Positions 36,992-41,647 of a stretch of 41,647 nucleotides of DNA are shown piece after piece. The stretch covers positions 1-41,647 of the forward strand of contig CAVIKQ010000001.1 of NCBI GenBank assembly GCA_963643305.1. Direction: 5' to 3'. The translations under genes and the position numbers were made by a program. How positions within the stretch are numbered: position 1 is the stretch's first letter; each line of letters starts with the position of its first letter. The notes under the pieces are model-generated. The model worked only from the letters and a program-made list of their open reading frames with translations, ran no database searches and was not told the DNA's origin. This DNA is from Eggerthellaceae bacterium. GTDB lineage: Bacteria > Bacteroidota > Bacteroidia > Bacteroidales > UBA932.

Positions 36992-37056
36992 ATAAATGCA
37001 TCACGTTAAAGTAGAGAATAACACAACCAATTTTTTAATTTAAAAGTGCTTTTATT

Positions 37057-39678
37057 ATGAACAAAAGATTTTTAAGTGCACTTCTTGCAGCTACCTTAAT
37101 GGTGGCCTCAACAGAGGTGTTCGTGTCTTGTAAAGACTATGATGATGACATCGATGCCATCAACACAGAATTGACACAGATCAAATCGCAGATTTCAGCC
37201 ATTGAGGCTAAAATCAACGGAGGACAGTGGATTACCAGTGTAACTCCTGTAACTAACGGTTTCACCGTAACATTCTCAGGCGGTGGAAGCTATACCATCA
37301 CAAACGGTAAAGACGGTGCTGACGGTGCAACAGGTGCTGACGGTAAGAACGGTACACAATGGACCATTTCAGAGGATGGCTATTGGGTATGCGACGGTGT
37401 AAAGACAGACGTCAAGGCTGTCGGTGTTGACGGTAAAGACGGTGCTAACGGTGCCGACGGTGAAAACGGCAAAGACGGCGTTGACGGCAAGGACGGCAAG
37501 GACGGCAAGGATGCCCTTAACGCCGTAAAGAAAGAGAACGGCAAATGGTATTTGTGGAACGGAACAGAGTATGAGGAGTTCACAGTAGCTGCTGCCGACA
37601 ATATCCCTTACTGCTACACCGACCCAGACGATACCAACTATGCAGTATTGGTAATATATGACGAGAACGGCGAGAACAAACAGGAGATTCGTCTTCCTTT
37701 GAACGAAGGTCTTGCTCAGATTGCAATCCTTAATGCAGACGATGTGCTTACCGTTAACTACGCAATCTACCAGGTTAAAAGCGCAAAACAGGCTGTTTGG
37801 GATGGTGCAAAACCTGCCCCTGTAAAAGGTGAGTATATCATCACCCAGTCTATGGACAGCATTTTGGTACAGGTAACCCCAACCAACTACGATTTGGCAG
37901 CCATTTCATCATTCTCGTTGGTTAACTCATTGAGCGAGGCTGCTCCTGTAGCCGTAGGCGCTCCTGTTGCTTACAATAAAGTACTTACAAGAGCTGCTTC
38001 AAAAGGCGGCCTTTATCAGATGTCTGTAACTGCTGACCCTATTACAGACGAGAGCAAGGCAGCATATACAGTTGATGGTGGCAGATATATTGCACTTTCA
38101 CTCAAAGCCAACGATAAGGTACGTTCAGGTTATGAGCTTAAATACAAACTTAACGAGGTAACATCTTCTCCAATAATAAAGTTTGAGAGAGCTGTTACAA
38201 CCAAACCGGGTGAGCCTGTAACAATCAAGGTAACAGAGGGAGCAGAGTATCTTTACGATGCTTACATGTACACAGCAAACGAGCACAGCAAGGCTGACTC
38301 TTTAAAATTCGGTTTGGAGACAGGCAAAACCCTTACCGTTAAGAGCAATGCAGACGCTTTTGGTACTGTAAACTTTACAATCCGTTATTGTGATGTATTG
38401 GGCGCTATTAAAGAGGCATCTGTAGATGTTACATTCTCAGACAACAAGGTGGTAGAGGTTAACAACGTTGTTGACACTACAGATCATGTAGCAACAGGAA
38501 CGAAGACTGCTCTCCAATACATGTTGGTTGATTTCACTCCTTATCTGAAGAGCATGACAGAGGACGAGAGAACCTACTGGAACGGATATTCATCATTTGA
38601 TAATAGTGTTGAAGTTACTTGGTCAGATATAGACCCTTATCCAGATAGAGAGACAGAGCCTGTAGATGTTACCGGTTTGGTTGCCGGCATAACTAAATGT
38701 AATGCTAAGGGTAAGACCGTTTCTAATAATGCTGATTTCACTCATCTGAAAGTAACATTCAAAGAAAACTACAAAGATGCTGACAATAACAATGTAACCT
38801 TAGGTATTAAAAATGGTGCTACATTCACTGCACAGGTAAGAATCAACAGAGCAGCAAACGGAGAAGACCATATTGTATATGTACCATTTACAATTGATAA
38901 CCCTGTTGCAACCGAGTACAGCTCATTGTACACATTCAACCCTGCATATTTTGCAAATGGCACACTTACACTTATAGATACACCTTTTGATACCGAGGTT
39001 GACTTGAGCGATTATGTTAAAGAGGGAGCTTCTTACCTTGACTATACAAGAGCTGCATCTACTGAGAAGACGTTAATCCCTGTTGTTAAGAGTGGCGTGG
39101 AGCCGGATGTTGTTAGCACAAGCAAGATAAAGAGGGTAACTCCTACAGCTAATCCAACTACCGGAGTAACTCCAAAAGCTCCAACCAGCACTACTATAAG
39201 CGGCTGGCAGGTTAAATACATGGATCGTTTGTTCCCTGTATCTGCATTCAAGGTTAAGTTCGCAGCCTCAACAGACTACACTGTAGTAGCAGACAGCGCA
39301 TCTGTAAGCATCCTAAGCGGTGTTGACGTTGAGAGAGCTAAACTGTACTACAGAGATGTTACAACCGATGCAGCAAAAGCAGCTAAGTATCCTAACTTCT
39401 TCTATTTGAAAGCAGCTGACGGTACATATACACAAAATGGCGTGACATGTAAATTCATCTTTGGAGAAGAGGAGGACGGTACTCCTATCGCAGAGAATGA
39501 CTATATTAAGTTTGGTACATGGCAGACTGATGCTAGCGGAGTAGGTTATTTTGCAATAACAGCTAAAAAGAAAGTAACTGTTGATACTCAGATACCGGTA
39601 ACAGTAGTATGTACAATAGGCGGTAAGGAGTACACAGGTGAGTTTACAGTTACTGTAAAGGCATACCCTGTTAATTAG
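37057..39678 (+). CDS. Surface lipoprotein with an N-terminal coiled coil and two collagen-like G-X-Y repeat blocks; large beta-rich C-terminal region of unknown function
   Basis: 873 aa. Lipobox VFVSC followed by KDYDDD. A heptad-like segment (INTELTQIKSQISAIEAKI). G-X-Y runs GKDGADGATGADGKNG and GVDGKDGANGADGENGKDGVDGKDGKDGKD, each followed by a Trp-rich motif (GYWVCDG, GKWYLWNG). Confidence 0.8.
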   Translation: MNKRFLSALLAATLMVASTEVFVSCKDYDDDIDAINTELTQIKSQISAIEAKINGGQWITSVTPVTNGFTVTFSGGGSYTITNGKDGADGATGADGKNGTQWTISEDGYWVCDGVKTDVKAVGVDGKDGANGADGENGKDGVDGKDGKDGKDALNAVKKENGKWYLWNGTEYEEFTVAAADNIPYCYTDPDDTNYAVLVIYDENGENKQEIRLPLNEGLAQIAILNADDVLTVNYAIYQVKSAKQAVWDGAKPAPVKGEYIITQSMDSILVQVTPTNYDLAAISSFSLVNSLSEAAPVAVGAPVAYNKVLTRAASKGGLYQMSVTADPITDESKAAYTVDGGRYIALSLKANDKVRSGYELKYKLNEVTSSPIIKFERAVTTKPGEPVTIKVTEGAEYLYDAYMYTANEHSKADSLKFGLETGKTLTVKSNADAFGTVNFTIRYCDVLGAIKEASVDVTFSDNKVVEVNNVVDTTDHVATGTKTALQYMLVDFTPYLKSMTEDERTYWNGYSSFDNSVEVTWSDIDPYPDRETEPVDVTGLVAGITKCNAKGKTVSNNADFTHLKVTFKENYKDADNNNVTLGIKNGATFTAQVRINRAANGEDHIVYVPFTIDNPVATEYSSLYTFNPAYFANGTLTLIDTPFDTEVDLSDYVKEGASYLDYTRAASTEKTLIPVVKSGVEPDVVSTSKIKRVTPTANPTTGVTPKAPTSTTISGWQVKYMDRLFPVSAFKVKFAASTDYTVVADSASVSILSGVDVERAKLYYRDVTTDAAKAAKYPNFFYLKAADGTYTQNGVTCKFIFGEEEDGTPIAENDYIKFGTWQTDASGVGYFAITAKKKVTVDTQIPVTVVCTIGGKEYTGEFTVTVKAYPVN
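37306..37512 (+). repeat. Collagen-like triplet-repeat coding region (9-bp periodicity)
   Basis: Block 1 at 37306-37353 (16 aa) and block 2 at 37423-37512 (30 aa). GACGGCAAG is repeated perfectly three times at 37483-37509. Confidence 0.85.
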
Positions 39679-39690
39679 TAGCTGAATAAA

Positions 39691-39742
39691 AGAGGTGGGG
39701 GAGAGAAAGAGATGTTGAGAAACATCTGCCCCACATCTTTTT
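39691..39742 (+). terminator. Rho-independent terminator of the lipoprotein gene (nested hairpin)
   Basis: The outer stem pairs AGAGGTGGGG with CCCCACATCT (one mismatch). The inner stem is AGATGTT-GAGA-AACATCT. Followed by TTTT. Confidence 0.65.
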
Positions 39743-39803
39743 AAAGAATAGGTTTTCTCTTAGGAGAGGGCTTATATAATTAAAAAACTTTAAATCAATT
39801 TCA

Positions 39804-39845
39804 GGAGGTAAACACTATTTCTCTGGGTGTTTACCTCCTTTCTTT
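39804..39845 (+). terminator. Second strong plus-strand terminator-like hairpin
   Basis: GGAGGTAAACAC-N11-GTGTTTACCTCC (12-bp stem) followed by TTTCTTT. Confidence 0.6.
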
Positions 39846-39935
39846 ATAACAAAAAGAAGTTGTCTAAAAAGATTATAACAACTCTCTGAGATTCGAATAT
39901 GTGGGAACTATAGAGGTCGATACCTCATAGAAAAA

Positions 39936-39983
39936 CAAGAAAAAAAGGCTTGACTAATACTTTAGTCAAGCCTTTTTTTCTTG
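39936..39983. terminator. Bidirectional terminator downstream of groEL
   Basis: CAAGAAAAAAAGGCTTGACTA-N6-TAGTCAAGCCTTTTTTTCTTG. A 21-bp perfect palindrome with A and T tracts on both sides. Confidence 0.8.
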
Positions 39984-40010
39984 TAGTACTTATAAAGGAT
40001 TCTGATAATT

Positions 40011-41645
<1,635 letters not shown>

Positions 41646-41647
41646 AG

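Noticed and set aside
36717-37004. 95-aa minus-strand ORF in the uvrC-lipoprotein spacer
   Set aside because: Its translation is AT-rich and low-complexity (Leu/Phe/Ile/Arg runs). It spans both palindromes and has no start context. I treat the region as regulatory DNA.
37057-39678. Diversity-generating retroelement target in the lipoprotein C-terminus
   Set aside because: There is no reverse transcriptase ORF, and I saw no template-repeat-like second copy of any C-terminal segment in the flanking spacers.

Overview
This 41.6-kb window reads as a chromosomal segment of a Bacteroidales (Bacteroidota) genome. Supporting signs: roughly mid-40s % GC by eye, exact TAnnTTTG -7 promoter boxes upstream of many genes, a fused SecDF, a TonB-receptor/lipoprotein pair and an OlsF-like aminolipid synthase. 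Content is mostly housekeeping. In order: an AAA+ ATPase, tRNA-Pro(TGG), a cobalamin riboswitch driving a TonB-dependent receptor plus a CbiK-family lipoprotein, tRNA-Ser(GCT), and a PD40/SPOR envelope protein. Then secDF, tnaA, rnr, gpmI, a second AAA+ ATPase fused to a DUF234/nuclease-like domain, dnaE and a thiL-like gene. Then sufB-pnuC-sufC-sufD, a class II (B12-dependent) ribonucleotide reductase, ispE, a SUI1/yciH gene, hemD-rnpA-yidD, an olsF-like gene, uvrC, a collagen-repeat surface lipoprotein and groEL. I saw no rRNA, CRISPR array, transposase or integrase ORF. The points most worth a second look are these. (1) Two self-palindromic 17-bp inverted repeats bracket the only consensus promoter box upstream of the collagen-repeat lipoprotein, and that box points the wrong way; this is either an inverton in the OFF state or a looped operator pair. 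(2) The ATPase/nuclease-like gene sits alone between gpmI and dnaE, flanked by 24-bp imperfect inverted repeats built from TTGGCA units. (3) A 60-nt duplicate of the tRNA-Pro 3' end plus its flank lies next to the other ATPase gene and looks like an att scar. (4) A 78-bp-period repeat family occurs at two loci, after secDF and between nrdJ and ispE. (5) The B12 riboswitch controls a receptor plus a CbiK-like lipoprotein with no btuFCD. (6) pnuC is embedded inside the suf operon. All functional calls rest on motif recognition in the supplied translations and on reading the DNA by eye; no database search was run.
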